Positions 17,525 to 26,914 of a stretch of DNA of 38,078 bases are shown piece by piece. The position numbers and the translations under genes are program-made. The first letter of the stretch is position 1, and the number at the start of each line of letters is the position of its first letter. The notes under the pieces are model-generated. The model was not told the origin of the DNA and searched no databases. It worked only from the letters and a program-made list of their open reading frames with translations. Source of the DNA: a virus (Duplodnaviria > Heunggongvirae > Uroviricota > Caudoviricetes); IMG/VR virus record IMGVR_UViG_2561511241_000002; one strand, 5' to 3'.

Positions 17525-18175
17525 ATGAGCCTGAGTCCCGCACGGCAGCATCGCCTGCGCGTTCAGGCTGAACAGGCCGCCCGTGAGGGCGGCAGTGTTC
17601 GCCACGCGTCGGGCTATGACCTGATGCTGCTGCAGCTGGCGGAAGACCGCCGCCGTCTCAAGGGCGTTCAGTCCACGGTGAAAAAAGCGGAAATAAAGGT
17701 GGAGCTGCTGCCGAAATATGCCGCCTGGGCGGAGGGCGTCCTGGCTGCCGGAGGCGCTCAACAGGATGACGTGCTGATGTACGTGATGCTGTGGCGCATT
17801 GATGCCGGAGATTATGCCGGGGCGCTGGAGATCGGGCGTCATGCCCTGCGTCATGGCTGGGTGATGCCTCTGGGTAACCGCAACGTGCAGACCGTGCTGG
17901 CAGAGGAAATGGCAGATGCAGCGCAGAGCGCAATGCTTGCCGCTACCGGCTTTGATGCCGATCTGTTGCTGCAGACGCTGGAGCTGACAGACGGTCTGGA
18001 TATGCCGGACCAGTCACGGGCGCGTCTGCATAAAGCGATTGGCGCTGTCCTGAGTGAAAGCAATCCGGCTTCCGCCCTTAATCATCTCAACCATGCGTTA
18101 CAGCTCGATCCCCGCTGTGGCGTGAAAAAAGACAAACAGCAGCTGGAGCGCAGACTGCGCAATGACAGCCGCTGA
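17525..18175 (+). CDS. M: terminase small/endonuclease subunit (P2 gpM)
   Basis: 216 aa, position after N. Confidence 0.8.
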   Translation: MSLSPARQHRLRVQAEQAAREGGSVRHASGYDLMLLQLAEDRRRLKGVQSTVKKAEIKVELLPKYAAWAEGVLAAGGAQQDDVLMYVMLWRIDAGDYAGALEIGRHALRHGWVMPLGNRNVQTVLAEEMADAAQSAMLAATGFDADLLLQTLELTDGLDMPDQSRARLHKAIGAVLSESNPASALNHLNHALQLDPRCGVKKDKQQLERRLRNDSR

Positions 18176-18270
18176 CAGAACGTGCCCCCGCGCACGGGCG
18201 GCACGGGGTGGCGAAAGGCATAGCCACATCAAAATCCCGTCCACCGTCCTCTATTTCAGGAGAAAGCAGC

Positions 18271-18735
18271 ATGAAGTTTGTTGCGCCAGAACAGGCACCG
18301 GAACAGGCGGAAATCATCAGAAATACGCCGTTCTGGCCTGATGTGGACCTGTCGGAGTTTCGCAGCGTGATGCGCACTGACGGCACGGTGACGCAGCCGC
18401 GTTTAAAGCAGGTTGCCCTGTCGGCAATTTCGGAGGTCAACGCAGAGCTGTATGAGTTTCGCAGACGTCAGCAGATGCTGGGATATGCCTCGCTGGCAGA
18501 GGTTCCGGCGGAACAGCTGGACGGCAAAAGTGAGCGCATTCAGCACTATTTCAACGCGGTTTACTGCTGGGCACGCGCCATGCTCAACGAACGATACCAG
18601 GACTATGACGCCACGGCATCCGGTGTGAAGCGGGGCGAAGAACTGGCAGAAGCCAGCGGTGATTTGTGGCGTGACGCCCGCTGGGCCATCAGCCGGGTAC
18701 AGGATGCGCCGCACTGCACAGTGGAGCTTATCTGA
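18271..18735 (+). CDS. L: head completion/stabilisation protein (P2 gpL)
   Basis: ATG 18271 after AGGAGAAAG; 154 aa. Confidence 0.8.
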   Translation: MKFVAPEQAPEQAEIIRNTPFWPDVDLSEFRSVMRTDGTVTQPRLKQVALSAISEVNAELYEFRRRQQMLGYASLAEVPAEQLDGKSERIQHYFNAVYCWARAMLNERYQDYDATASGVKRGEELAEASGDLWRDARWAISRVQDAPHCTVELI

Positions 18736-18938
18736 TGAAAGTGCGTGCGCATCAGTATGACACGGTGGACGCGCTTTGCTGGCGTCATTACGGGCGCACG
18801 CAGGGTGTCACGGAGCAGGTACTGAAGGCAAATCCGGGGCTTGCCGAATACGGCCCCTTTTTACCTCACGGGCTGCAGGTGGAGCTGCCGGACATTCCGA
18901 CCACCACCACCGTGCAGACCGTCCAGCTATGGGACTGA
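18735..18938 (+). CDS. X: tail protein X
   Basis: 67 aa, overlaps L stop; P2 gpX-like. Confidence 0.8.
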   Translation: MKVRAHQYDTVDALCWRHYGRTQGVTEQVLKANPGLAEYGPFLPHGLQVELPDIPTTTTVQTVQLWD

Positions 18939-18941
18939 ATT

Positions 18942-19157
18942 ATGACGCTTGAGCGAATCAGCGCCTTTATCACGTATTGCATCGCCGTCGTGCTGGCCTG
19001 GCTGGGCGATTTGTCCATCAAGGATGCCTCAACGCTGGGCGGCCTGATGATTGGTGTGCTGATGCTGGCTATCAACTGGTACTACAAACACAAAGCCTAC
19101 CAGCTTCTGCGCGACGGGCAGATCTCGCGGGAGGACTATGAATCCATCAATCGTTAA
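18942..19157 (+). CDS. Y: holin (two-TM, class II / pinholin-like, 71 aa)
   Basis: Two hydrophobic helices (ISAFITYCIAVVLAWLG; LGGLMIGVLMLAINWYY) and charged C-terminus. Confidence 0.65.
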   Translation: MTLERISAFITYCIAVVLAWLGDLSIKDASTLGGLMIGVLMLAINWYYKHKAYQLLRDGQISREDYESINR

Positions 19158-19650
19158 ACGCTGCCTTGTCGGGGCCGTGCTGGCTATTGCTGCCACGCTG
19201 CCGGGTTTTCAGCAGCTTCACACCTCCGTGGAGGGGCTGAAACTGATTGCCGATTACGAAGGTTGTCGTCTGCAGCCGTATCAGTGCAGCGCGGGTGTCT
19301 GGACCGACGGCATTGGTAATACATCTGGCGTCATTCCAGGCAAAACCATTACGGAACGACAGGCAGCGGAAGGACTGATCTCCAACGTGCTGCGTGTGGA
19401 GCGGTCACTGGAAAGGTGTGTGAAGCAACAGCCACCGCAGAAGGTGTATGACGCGGTGGTGTCATTTGCCTTCAACGTGGGAACGGGCAATGCCTGCAGC
19501 TCCACGCTGGTGAAATTGCTCAATCAGCGGCGCTGGGCGGATGCGTGCCGACAGTTGCCGCGCTGGGTTTATGTAAAAGGTGTGTTTAATCAGGGGCTGG
19601 ATAACCGCCGTGCGCGGGAGATGGCCTGGTGTTTACAGGGAGCAAACTGA
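19138..19650 (+). CDS. K: endolysin, lysozyme family, with N-terminal hydrophobic (SAR-like) segment
   Basis: ADYEG...TDGIGNT lysozyme-type core; N-terminal CLVGAVLAIAATLPGF is Gly/Ala-rich and weakly hydrophobic. Confidence 0.8.
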   Translation: MNPSIVKRCLVGAVLAIAATLPGFQQLHTSVEGLKLIADYEGCRLQPYQCSAGVWTDGIGNTSGVIPGKTITERQAAEGLISNVLRVERSLERCVKQQPPQKVYDAVVSFAFNVGTGNACSSTLVKLLNQRRWADACRQLPRWVYVKGVFNQGLDNRRAREMAWCLQGAN

Positions 19651-19651
19651 A

Positions 19652-20029
19652 ATGAAAAAGAAATTAATCAGCGGACTGTTTCTGATGTTATGGATGGCGC
19701 TGTTAATCGCAGCAATGGTGTATCCGCAGGGGATTTTTCCGGTACTGGCAGCGTCCGGCGTTTGGGTAGCCTGTTTGCTGACATGGGCAGTAATTCCGGT
19801 ATCACTGGCTGCGTTAATTAAGAATGGCCCGCTCTGGCAGGAGTTAAGGGCATCTTTGCTGAAGACAATTACCCGAAAAGAAAACGTATTTACCAGTTGG
19901 GTGATGCGATTGCTGATTGTTGTAAGTCTCGCCTGGACGGGGTGGGCTATTACCCTGGTCTTTTATCTACTGACCGTTATTGCCTTCTGGATCACCCGTA
20001 ATCAGATGGCGCAACAGGTAGCAGCATGA
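19652..20029 (+). CDS. lysA: LysA-like membrane protein (125 aa, 4 TM)
   Basis: ATG 19652 just after K stop; multi-TM. Confidence 0.6.
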   Translation: MKKKLISGLFLMLWMALLIAAMVYPQGIFPVLAASGVWVACLLTWAVIPVSLAALIKNGPLWQELRASLLKTITRKENVFTSWVMRLLIVVSLAWTGWAITLVFYLLTVIAFWITRNQMAQQVAA

Positions 20030-20454
20030 ACCGGTTGCTGCTGGTTGTGCTGACGTTATTACTGGCGGCGCTGGGCTGGCAGACGTGGCGGCTGGCTGAT
20101 GCCAGCCAGACCATCAGCACGCAGGCAGACGAGCTGCAGAGCAAAAGCCAGGCACTGGCAAAGAGCAACAGCCAGCTTATCAGCCTGTCCATTCTGACTG
20201 AAACCAATAACCGGGAGCAGGCGCGGCTCTATGCCGAAGCAGAACAGACCAGCGCGCTGCTGAGACAACGACAACACCGAATCGAGGAACTGAAACGTGA
20301 GAACGAGGATTTACGCCGCTGGGCTGATACTCCTTTGCCTGCTGACATTATCCGGCTGCGGGAACGTCCGGCACTCACCGGAGGTACGGCTTACCGTCAG
20401 TGGTTGTCCGCGAGTGACGCCGTGTCGGCTGGATCAGGCAACGCCGCGCACTAA
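20026..20454 (+). CDS. lysB: LysB, Rz-like inner-membrane spanin
   Basis: N-terminal TM followed by coiled-coil (QADELQSKSQALAKSNSQL...). Confidence 0.7.
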   Translation: MNRLLLVVLTLLLAALGWQTWRLADASQTISTQADELQSKSQALAKSNSQLISLSILTETNNREQARLYAEAEQTSALLRQRQHRIEELKRENEDLRRWADTPLPADIIRLRERPALTGGTAYRQWLSASDAVSAGSGNAAH

Positions 20455-20587
20455 CGGTGATCTGAACGCGTTGCTGGATGAAACGGAGGCCGCCTGGGCG
20501 GTCTGTGCAGACAAAGTGGACATGATTATTGCGTGTCAGGAGCGAAACAGTGAACAAACCACAATCCCTGCGCCACGCCCTCAATAA
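20297..20587 (+). CDS. lysC: LysC, Rz1-like outer-membrane lipoprotein spanin, embedded in lysB in +1 frame
   Basis: Lipobox LTLSGC, Pro-rich; start codon uncertain. Confidence 0.5.
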   Translation: MRTRIYAAGLILLCLLTLSGCGNVRHSPEVRLTVSGCPRVTPCRLDQATPRTNGDLNALLDETEAAWAVCADKVDMIIACQERNSEQTTIPAPRPQ

Positions 20588-20981
20588 AGCGGTGCCTTAT
20601 GTCCGCAATAACCCGGACAAACTGCATCTGTTTGTGGATAACGGTTCGCTGGTTGCCACGGGGGCCAGCTCCATGTCGTGGGAGTACCGTTACACCCTGA
20701 ACGCGGTGATTGAGGATTTCAGCGGCGACCAGAATCTGCTGATGGCCCCGGTTTTGCTGTGGCTGAGGGATAACCAGCCCGATGCCATCAATAACCCGGC
20801 GTTACGGGAAAAGCTATTCACCTTTGAGGTGGATATTCTGCGCAACGATGTCTGTGATATCAGCCTGAACCTGCAACTGACGGAGCGTGTGCTGGTCAGC
20901 ACTGACGGCAGTGTGTCGAGCGTTGAAGCTATAGCGGAACCTGATGCACCTGAAGAAATGTGGACGGTGAAACGTGGCTGA
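20550..20981 (+). CDS. R: tail completion protein R
   Basis: GTG 20550 after AGGAG; KPQSLRHALNKAV...FVDNGSL parallels P2 gpR N-terminus. Confidence 0.8.
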   Translation: MNKPQSLRHALNKAVPYVRNNPDKLHLFVDNGSLVATGASSMSWEYRYTLNAVIEDFSGDQNLLMAPVLLWLRDNQPDAINNPALREKLFTFEVDILRNDVCDISLNLQLTERVLVSTDGSVSSVEAIAEPDAPEEMWTVKRG

Positions 20982-21420
20982 ACTGCAGAAGGTGGACGAC
21001 TGGCTGAGTGCCTTGCTGGCGAATCTGGAACCAGCCACGAGAAGCCGCATGATGCGCCAGCTGGCGCAGGAACTGCGCCGGACACAGCAGCAGAATATCA
21101 GGATGCAGCGCAATCCAGATGGCAGCAGTTATGAACCGCGCAGAGTAACAGCACGTAGCAAGAAGGGGCGCATCAAACGTCAGATGTTTGCAAAGCTGCG
21201 CACCACAAAATACCTGAAAACTGCCGCCAGCGCCGACTCTGCCAGCGTACAGTTTGAAGGCAAGGTGCAGCGTATTGCCCGTGTTCACCATTACGGCCTG
21301 CGTGATCGCGTCAGTCGCAAAGGACCGGAGGTCCGTTACGCAGAGCGCCGCCTGCTGGGTGTAAATGATGATGTTGAGGCAATGACCCGCAACATGATTC
21401 TGCAATGGCTGGCGGGGTGA
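20974..21420 (+). CDS. S: tail completion protein S
   Basis: GTG 20974 overlapping R stop; 148 aa. Confidence 0.8.
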   Translation: MAELQKVDDWLSALLANLEPATRSRMMRQLAQELRRTQQQNIRMQRNPDGSSYEPRRVTARSKKGRIKRQMFAKLRTTKYLKTAASADSASVQFEGKVQRIARVHHYGLRDRVSRKGPEVRYAERRLLGVNDDVEAMTRNMILQWLAG

Positions 21421-21424
21421 TCTT

Positions 21425-21442
21425 TGTATCAGCACTGATACA
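21425..21442. promoter_or_regulatory. P2-type late promoter activator site (TGT-N12-ACA) upstream of V
   Basis: TGTATCAGCACTGATACA, fully palindromic. Confidence 0.5.
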
Positions 21443-21488
21443 AGTTGCAGCACTGCCGCCTTTCTTCCCCTGATGGCAACCTTTCCCT

Positions 21489-22067
21489 ATGAACGCACAA
21501 TTAACCGAAATCATGCGCCTTATCACCAACCTGATTCGCACAGGGGTAGTCACCGAAGTGGACAGGGAAAACTGGCTTTGCCGGGTGAAAACGGGCGAGC
21601 TTGAAACCAACTGGATTAGCTGGCTGACGCTGCGTGCCGGGAATGCCCGCACATGGTGGCGACCATCGGAAGGTGAGCAGGTGGTGCTGCTGAGTCTGGG
21701 CGGCAATCTGGAAACCGCCTTTGCGCTGCCCGCTGTCTATTCGAATCAGTTCGCACCACCGTCGACGTCGGCGGACGCCTGCGTGACAGAACATCCTGAC
21801 GGTGGCTGGTTTGAATACGAACCCGCCACCGGGCGCTGGTATGTCAGGGGCATCAAATCAATGGTCATTGAGGCCGCTGACAACATCACCATGAAAACCA
21901 GTGAGTTTGTACTGGAGGCTGACCGCACGCGCATTAACAGCGAAGTGGTGATCAATGGTGGCGTTACCCAGGGCGGCGGAGCGATGAGTTCTAACGGGAT
22001 CGTGGTTGATGCGCATCAGCATACTGGCGTCCTGAAAGGCGGCGATACAACCGGAGGCCCGGTATGA
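21489..22067 (+). CDS. V: baseplate spike/assembly protein V
   Basis: N-terminal IRTGVVTEVD...RVKTGELETNWISWLTLRAG parallels P2 gpV. Confidence 0.85.
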   Translation: MNAQLTEIMRLITNLIRTGVVTEVDRENWLCRVKTGELETNWISWLTLRAGNARTWWRPSEGEQVVLLSLGGNLETAFALPAVYSNQFAPPSTSADACVTEHPDGGWFEYEPATGRWYVRGIKSMVIEAADNITMKTSEFVLEADRTRINSEVVINGGVTQGGGAMSSNGIVVDAHQHTGVLKGGDTTGGPV

Positions 22068-22423
22068 CGCTTTATATCGGGATGAACAATACCAGCGGTA
22101 AAGCCATTACTGATATTGACCATCTGCGTCAGTCGGTGCGGGACATTCTACTGACACCGCAGGGTTGCCGCATTGCCCGTCGTGAATATGGTTCCCTGCT
22201 GTCGACACTGATAGACCAGCCACAAAATCCGGCATTACGCCTGCAGGTCATGTCGGCAGTGTATGTGGCGCTGAGTCGCTGGGAGCCACGGCTGACGCTG
22301 GATTCCATCACCATTAAAAGCAATTTTGACGGTTCAATGGTGGTGGGGCTGACCGGGCGGCGTAATAACGGTGTGCCTGTTTCCCTTTCCGTATCAACAG
22401 GAGCAGAGAATGGCAGTGATTGA
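22064..22423 (+). CDS. W: baseplate wedge protein W (gp25-like)
   Basis: 119 aa; ATGA overlap with V. Confidence 0.85.
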   Translation: MTLYIGMNNTSGKAITDIDHLRQSVRDILLTPQGCRIARREYGSLLSTLIDQPQNPALRLQVMSAVYVALSRWEPRLTLDSITIKSNFDGSMVVGLTGRRNNGVPVSLSVSTGAENGSD

Positions 22424-23318
22424 CCTTTCGCAGTTGCCTGCGCCGCAGATTGTCGATGTGCCGGACTTTGAGACGCTGCTTGCCGAACGCAAGGCCGAAT
22501 TTGTTGTGCTTCATCCGAAAGATGAGCAGGAAGCCGTGATCCGCACGCTGGAACTGGAATCTGAACCCGTCACCAAATTGCTGCAGGAGAACGCTTACCG
22601 TGAGTTGCTTCTGCGCCAGCGCATTAACGAAGCCGCGCAGGCTGTGATGGTGGCTTACGCGATGGGCGGCGATCTTGACCAGCTCGCTGCCAACTACAAC
22701 GTGAAACGCCTGACGGTGACGCCTGCTGATAATGACGCTGTGCCACCCGTTGCGGCTGTGATGGAAAGCGATGAAGCGTTACGCCTGCGTGTGCCTGCAG
22801 CCTTTGAAGGGCTTTCTGTTGCGGGGCCAACTGCCGCTTATGAATTTCATGCCCGAAGCGCCGACGGTCGGGTGGCGGATGCCAGTGCAACCAGTCCGGC
22901 ACCTGCAGAGGTGGTACTGACTGTCCTGAGTCGTGAAGGCGACGGAACAGCAGAAAAAGACTTGCTGGATGTGGTGGAGAAAGCCCTGAACAGTGAGAAC
23001 GTCCGCCCGGTGGCTGACCGTCTGACGGTTCGCAGCGCAGAAATCATCCCGTACCGTGTGGAAGCTACCATTTTTCTTTATCCGGGACCGGAAGCAGAGC
23101 CGGTAATGGCAGCGGCAAAAGTCAGCCTGCAGAGGTACATCGCCAGTCAGACGCGGCTCGGTCGGGATATTCGCCGTAGTGCTATTTTTGCCGCGCTGCA
23201 TGTTGAGGGTGTTCAACGTGTGGAGCTGGCTTCACCGCTGGCTGATGTGGTCCTGAACAAAACGCAGGCGGCATCATGTACGCAGTGGAGCGTGACCAAC
23301 GGGGGAACGGATGAATAG
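22410..23318 (+). CDS. J: baseplate protein J
   Basis: ATG 22410 after AGGAGCAGAGA; 302 aa as in P2. Confidence 0.85.
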   Translation: MAVIDLSQLPAPQIVDVPDFETLLAERKAEFVVLHPKDEQEAVIRTLELESEPVTKLLQENAYRELLLRQRINEAAQAVMVAYAMGGDLDQLAANYNVKRLTVTPADNDAVPPVAAVMESDEALRLRVPAAFEGLSVAGPTAAYEFHARSADGRVADASATSPAPAEVVLTVLSREGDGTAEKDLLDVVEKALNSENVRPVADRLTVRSAEIIPYRVEATIFLYPGPEAEPVMAAAKVSLQRYIASQTRLGRDIRRSAIFAALHVEGVQRVELASPLADVVLNKTQAASCTQWSVTNGGTDE

Positions 23319-23916
23319 TCTGCTGCCACCGGGTTCAACGCCACTGGAGCGCCGACTGGCGCAAACCTGTAGCGGGATTTCTGATCTGCAGGTGTCACTG
23401 CGTGACTTGTGGAATCCGGCAACCTGTCCGGTCAGTTTCCTGCCTTATCTCGCCTGGGCGTTCTCTGTGGATCGCTGGGACGAGGGCTGGACAGAAAGCG
23501 TCAAACGCCAGGTAGTGAAGGATGCTTTTTATATTCATCAGCACAAAGGAACCACCAGTGCCGTACGGCGGGTGGTGGAGCCGTTCGGCTTCCTGATCCG
23601 CATTATTGAGTGGTGGCAGACCGGAGAAACACCGGGCACGTTTCGTCTGGACATTGGTGTGCAGGACCAGGGCATCACTGAAGATACCTATCTGGAACTT
23701 GAGCGACTGATAAGCGATGCCAAACCATGTAGCCGTCACATGATCGGCATGTCCATCAATCTGCAGACCAGCGGCCCGCATTGGGTGGGAGCCGCCAGTT
23801 ATCTTGGCGAAGAAATCACGATCTATCCGTATATCAACGAAACAATTATTTCCGGCGGCACCGCGCATGAAGGCGGGGCGGTCCATGTTATTGACACAAT
23901 GAGAGTGAATCCATGA
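23311..23916 (+). CDS. I: baseplate/tail fibre attachment protein I
   Basis: 201 aa, position between J and H. Confidence 0.8.
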   Translation: MNSLLPPGSTPLERRLAQTCSGISDLQVSLRDLWNPATCPVSFLPYLAWAFSVDRWDEGWTESVKRQVVKDAFYIHQHKGTTSAVRRVVEPFGFLIRIIEWWQTGETPGTFRLDIGVQDQGITEDTYLELERLISDAKPCSRHMIGMSINLQTSGPHWVGAASYLGEEITIYPYINETIISGGTAHEGGAVHVIDTMRVNP

Positions 23917-25442
23917 GCACAAAATTTTATACCCTGCTGACGGATATTGGCGCGGCGAAACTTGCCAGCGCCGCCGCGCTCGGTGTGCCGCTAAAAATTA
24001 CCCATATGGCGGTGGGCGATGGCGGCGGAGCATTGCCGACGCCGGACGCAAAGCAGACTGCACTGGTAAATGAGAAACGCCGGGCTGCGCTGAATATGCT
24101 CTATATCGACCCGCAGAACAGCAGCCAGATTATTGCTGAACAGGTGATCCCTGAAAATGAGGGTGGTTGGTGGATACGTGAAGTGGGTCTGTTTGATGAG
24201 TCCGGGGCATTGATTGCCGTAGGCAACTGCCCGGAAAGCTATAAGCCGCAACTGGCTGAAGGCAGCGGGCGCACCCAGACCGTGCGCATGGTGTTGATTA
24301 CCAGCAGCACGGACAATATCACCCTGAAAATCGACCCTGCCGTCGTGCTGGCAACCCGCAAGTATGTGGATGACAAGGTACTGGAGCTGAAGGTGTTCGT
24401 GGATGATAAGATGGCAAAACATCTTGCCGCACCGGACCCGCATTCACAGTATGCACCCAAAGAAAGCCCGACATTGACCGGAACACCCAAAGCGCCAACG
24501 CCAGCGGAGGGGAATAACACCACGCAGATTGCGACCACCGCGTTTGTTCAGGCGGCACTGATGGCCCTTATTAATGGTGCGCCAGCCACACTGGATACGC
24601 TGAAAGAAATTGCCGCTGCCATTAATAATGACCCGAAATTCAGTACCACTATTAACAATGCGCTGGCACTGAAAGCGCCGCTGTCAAGTCCGGCACTCAC
24701 CGGAACGCCAACAGCCCCCACTGCCGCACAGTCGGTTAACAATACACAGATTGCCACTACGGCTTTTGTGAAATCGGCGATTGCGGCAATGGTGGGTTCT
24801 GCACCTGCGGCACTGGATACACTGAACGAACTGGCGGCGGCGCTGGGGAATGACCCGAACTTTGCCACGACAATGCTTAATGCACTGGCAGGTAAACAAC
24901 CGCTGGACAATACGCTGACTAATTTGAGTGGAAAGGATGTAGCTGGTCTTCTCGCATACCTTGGTTTGGGAGAAGGTTCTGCATTACCTGTTGGTGTGCC
25001 TGTTCCATGGCCTTCAGCCACACCGCCAACAGGCTGGCTGAAATGCAACGGTGCGGCTTTTTCTGCTGAAGAATACCCGGAACTGGCAAAGGCTTATCCG
25101 ACAAATAAATTGCCTGATTTACGTGGTGAGTTTATTCGTGGCTGGGATGACGGGCGCGGTATTGATGCAGGACGTGTTTTATTGAGCATTCAGACAGGGA
25201 TGCTGGAAAAGCACCGTCATCCTGTTGTCGCCAACGATGGGTATGACTCAAAAGAGGTATGGGAACTGGCGGCAATCTTCAGAAGAGCATATACACAGGG
25301 CAAGGGACTGGATGGTACCAGTGCAGGCGGAACTTTGATTCCATCACCAACGCTACATACACGAGGGAGTGTCGGTAATACTGGCGGGAGTGAAACCCGT
25401 CCACGAAATATTGCATTTAACTTTATCGTGAGGGCTGCATAA
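23913..25442 (+). CDS. H: tail fibre protein H (current orientation of variable C-terminus)
   Basis: Conserved N-terminus MSTKFYTLLTDIGAAKLASAAALGVPL; C-terminal part lies inside the invertible segment. Confidence 0.85.
   Translation: MSTKFYTLLTDIGAAKLASAAALGVPLKITHMAVGDGGGALPTPDAKQTALVNEKRRAALNMLYIDPQNSSQIIAEQVIPENEGGWWIREVGLFDESGALIAVGNCPESYKPQLAEGSGRTQTVRMVLITSSTDNITLKIDPAVVLATRKYVDDKVLELKVFVDDKMAKHLAAPDPHSQYAPKESPTLTGTPKAPTPAEGNNTTQIATTAFVQAALMALINGAPATLDTLKEIAAAINNDPKFSTTINNALALKAPLSSPALTGTPTAPTAAQSVNNTQIATTAFVKSAIAAMVGSAPAALDTLNELAAALGNDPNFATTMLNALAGKQPLDNTLTNLSGKDVAGLLAYLGLGEGSALPVGVPVPWPSATPPTGWLKCNGAAFSAEEYPELAKAYPTNKLPDLRGEFIRGWDDGRGIDAGRVLLSIQTGMLEKHRHPVVANDGYDSKEVWELAAIFRRAYTQGKGLDGTSAGGTLIPSPTLHTRGSVGNTGGSETRPRNIAFNFIVRAA
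24470..24915 (+). repeat. tandem duplication (about 2 x 75 codons) inside H
   Basis: Protein repeats ...LTGTPxAPT...NNTQIATTAFV...APAxLDTLxExAAAxxNDPxF... occur twice in succession. Confidence 0.5.
24949..24974. promoter_or_regulatory. hix/gix-like 26-bp invertase crossover site inside H
   Basis: TTCTCGCATACCTTGGTTTGGGAGAA versus hixL TTCTTGAAAACCAAGGTTTTTGATAA; an inverted copy of TTGGTTTGGGAGAAG occurs at 26836-26850. Confidence 0.55.
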
Positions 25443-26044
25443 TGGATAACGCCGTATTAAATAGCGAGCTTATTGCCACGAAGGCGGGGAATATTACAGT
25501 CTATAACTATGATGGTAAAACTCGGGAATATATTTCTACTTCAAATGAATATCTTGCCATTGGTGTCGGTATCCCTGCATATTCCTGTTTAGATGCCCCT
25601 GGCACACATAAGGCTGGTTATGCAATCTGCCGTTCTGCAGATTTTAACTCATGGGAATATGTGCCAGATCATCGCGGTGAAACGGTCTATAGCACCGAAA
25701 CAGGAGAATCAAAAGAAATCACCGCTCCGGGTGATTACCCTGAAAATACAACCACTATCGCCCCATTAACGCCATACGATAAATGGGATGGTGAGAAATG
25801 GGTGACGGATACCGAGACACAGCATAGCGCCGCAGTAGATGCAGCAGAAGCACAGCGCCAGTCGCTGATTGATACTGCAATGGCTTCCATCAGTCTGATT
25901 CAACTGAAATTGCAGGCCGGACGTAAACTGACGCAGGCAGAAACAACCCGACTTAACGCTGTGCTGGATTACATTGACGCGGTGACGGCAACAGATACCA
26001 GCACCGCGCCGGATGTCATCTGGCCTGAACTGCCGGAGGCGTAG
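25442..26044 (+). CDS. G: tail fibre assembly chaperone G
   Basis: 200 aa; C-terminal DYIDAVTATDTSTAPDVIWPELP motif shared with the inverted paralogue. Confidence 0.8.
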   Translation: MDNAVLNSELIATKAGNITVYNYDGKTREYISTSNEYLAIGVGIPAYSCLDAPGTHKAGYAICRSADFNSWEYVPDHRGETVYSTETGESKEITAPGDYPENTTTIAPLTPYDKWDGEKWVTDTETQHSAAVDAAEAQRQSLIDTAMASISLIQLKLQAGRKLTQAETTRLNAVLDYIDAVTATDTSTAPDVIWPELPEA

Positions 26045-26468
26045 GCCATTCAATATCTGGCGCACCGGAAGTATCGACCAGTTCCAGTGCGTCCAGGTAA
26101 TCCAGCCACAAATTATATTGCGCCAGTTCGTCACCTTTCAGACGACCAATAGCCGCTTTACCAGGCCATTGCTTACTGTTCATGTATTCGTTGGCCTGGT
26201 TAATTAGTAGCTGTCTTTCTGATTCAGTAATTTCAATAAGCTCTTCATGCGTGGGTGGAGGAATATCTGCCCACGCAGGCAGCCCATCATCTCCGGCAAT
26301 ACGGATTTTTCCTTGTGGCGGTTCAGCCATAAACTCACTGATAATATTTTGATTTACTTCCTTAGCGTCTGATAAATCCCATCCCTCTGATTTATATTTA
26401 TCAATCATATCCACAGGGAAAAAAGCATTATGCCTTGCGCTATAAACATATTCGTTCATATAAATCAC
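26016..26468 (-). CDS. alternative tail fibre assembly chaperone (G')
   Basis: 150 aa; C-terminal LWLDYLDALELVDTSGAPDIEWPTPP paralogous to G; 3' ends of G and G' overlap convergently. Confidence 0.7.
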   Translation of the reverse strand: MIYMNEYVYSARHNAFFPVDMIDKYKSEGWDLSDAKEVNQNIISEFMAEPPQGKIRIAGDDGLPAWADIPPPTHEELIEITESERQLLINQANEYMNSKQWPGKAAIGRLKGDELAQYNLWLDYLDALELVDTSGAPDIEWPTPPAVQAR

Positions 26469-26479
26469 CCTGAATAAAA

Positions 26480-26852
26480 TTACTCACCAACAGCCCACCA
26501 ACTGTAATTCATCGATACCGTGTCGCTGGTTGATGACGTTCTGTAAGCAGAATTAAAACCGGTTAATGTTGGGCCTTCTGCGGTCATCACGAATCCCCGC
26601 CCAGCACCTAAAGGCGCACCACCATCACCAGAATGAGTAAGCATGGCGCAGTCCACTTTTTTAGGAAAAGGGATGCTGAATGTAATTCTCATTGTTTGCG
26701 TCGATAATGTCGGCGTAACCGCACCACGACCATATTGCAGGATTTTCCCGTTGGGTAATTTCATCCATCCATCACCACTGGCAAAAGAGGCCATGTCCGG
26801 TATCTGATTTTCCCCTGTCCCTACATCCCGTTTTGCCGCTTCTCCCAAACCA
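26480..26852 (-). CDS. alternative tail-fibre C-terminal cassette (H'), in frame with the hix site, would replace the current H C-terminus after inversion
   Basis: Minus-strand frame reads ...VGLGEAAKRDVGTGENQIPD... through the hix-like repeat in the same phase as H (...YLGLGEGSA...). Confidence 0.6.
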
Positions 26853-26865
26853 ACGTTTAAGAAAA
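26840..26865. promoter_or_regulatory. second hix/gix-like crossover site
   Basis: TTCTCCCAAACCAACGTTTAAGAAAA; left half is the reverse complement of GGTTTGGGAGAA found at 24963-24974. Confidence 0.5.
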
Positions 26866-26914
26866 TGCAGCGATTACGACTAACTGGCATCATCCCCGAT
26901 TTTTATTCAAGGAG

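Larger units (their letters stand above)
24962..26852. mobile_element. invertible tail-fibre segment (Mu G / P1 C / e14 P-segment type), about 1.9 kb
   Basis: Bounded by inverted hix-like sites; contains H C-terminus + G on one strand and G' + alternative H C-terminus on the other; Pin-like invertase gene immediately adjacent. Confidence 0.65.
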
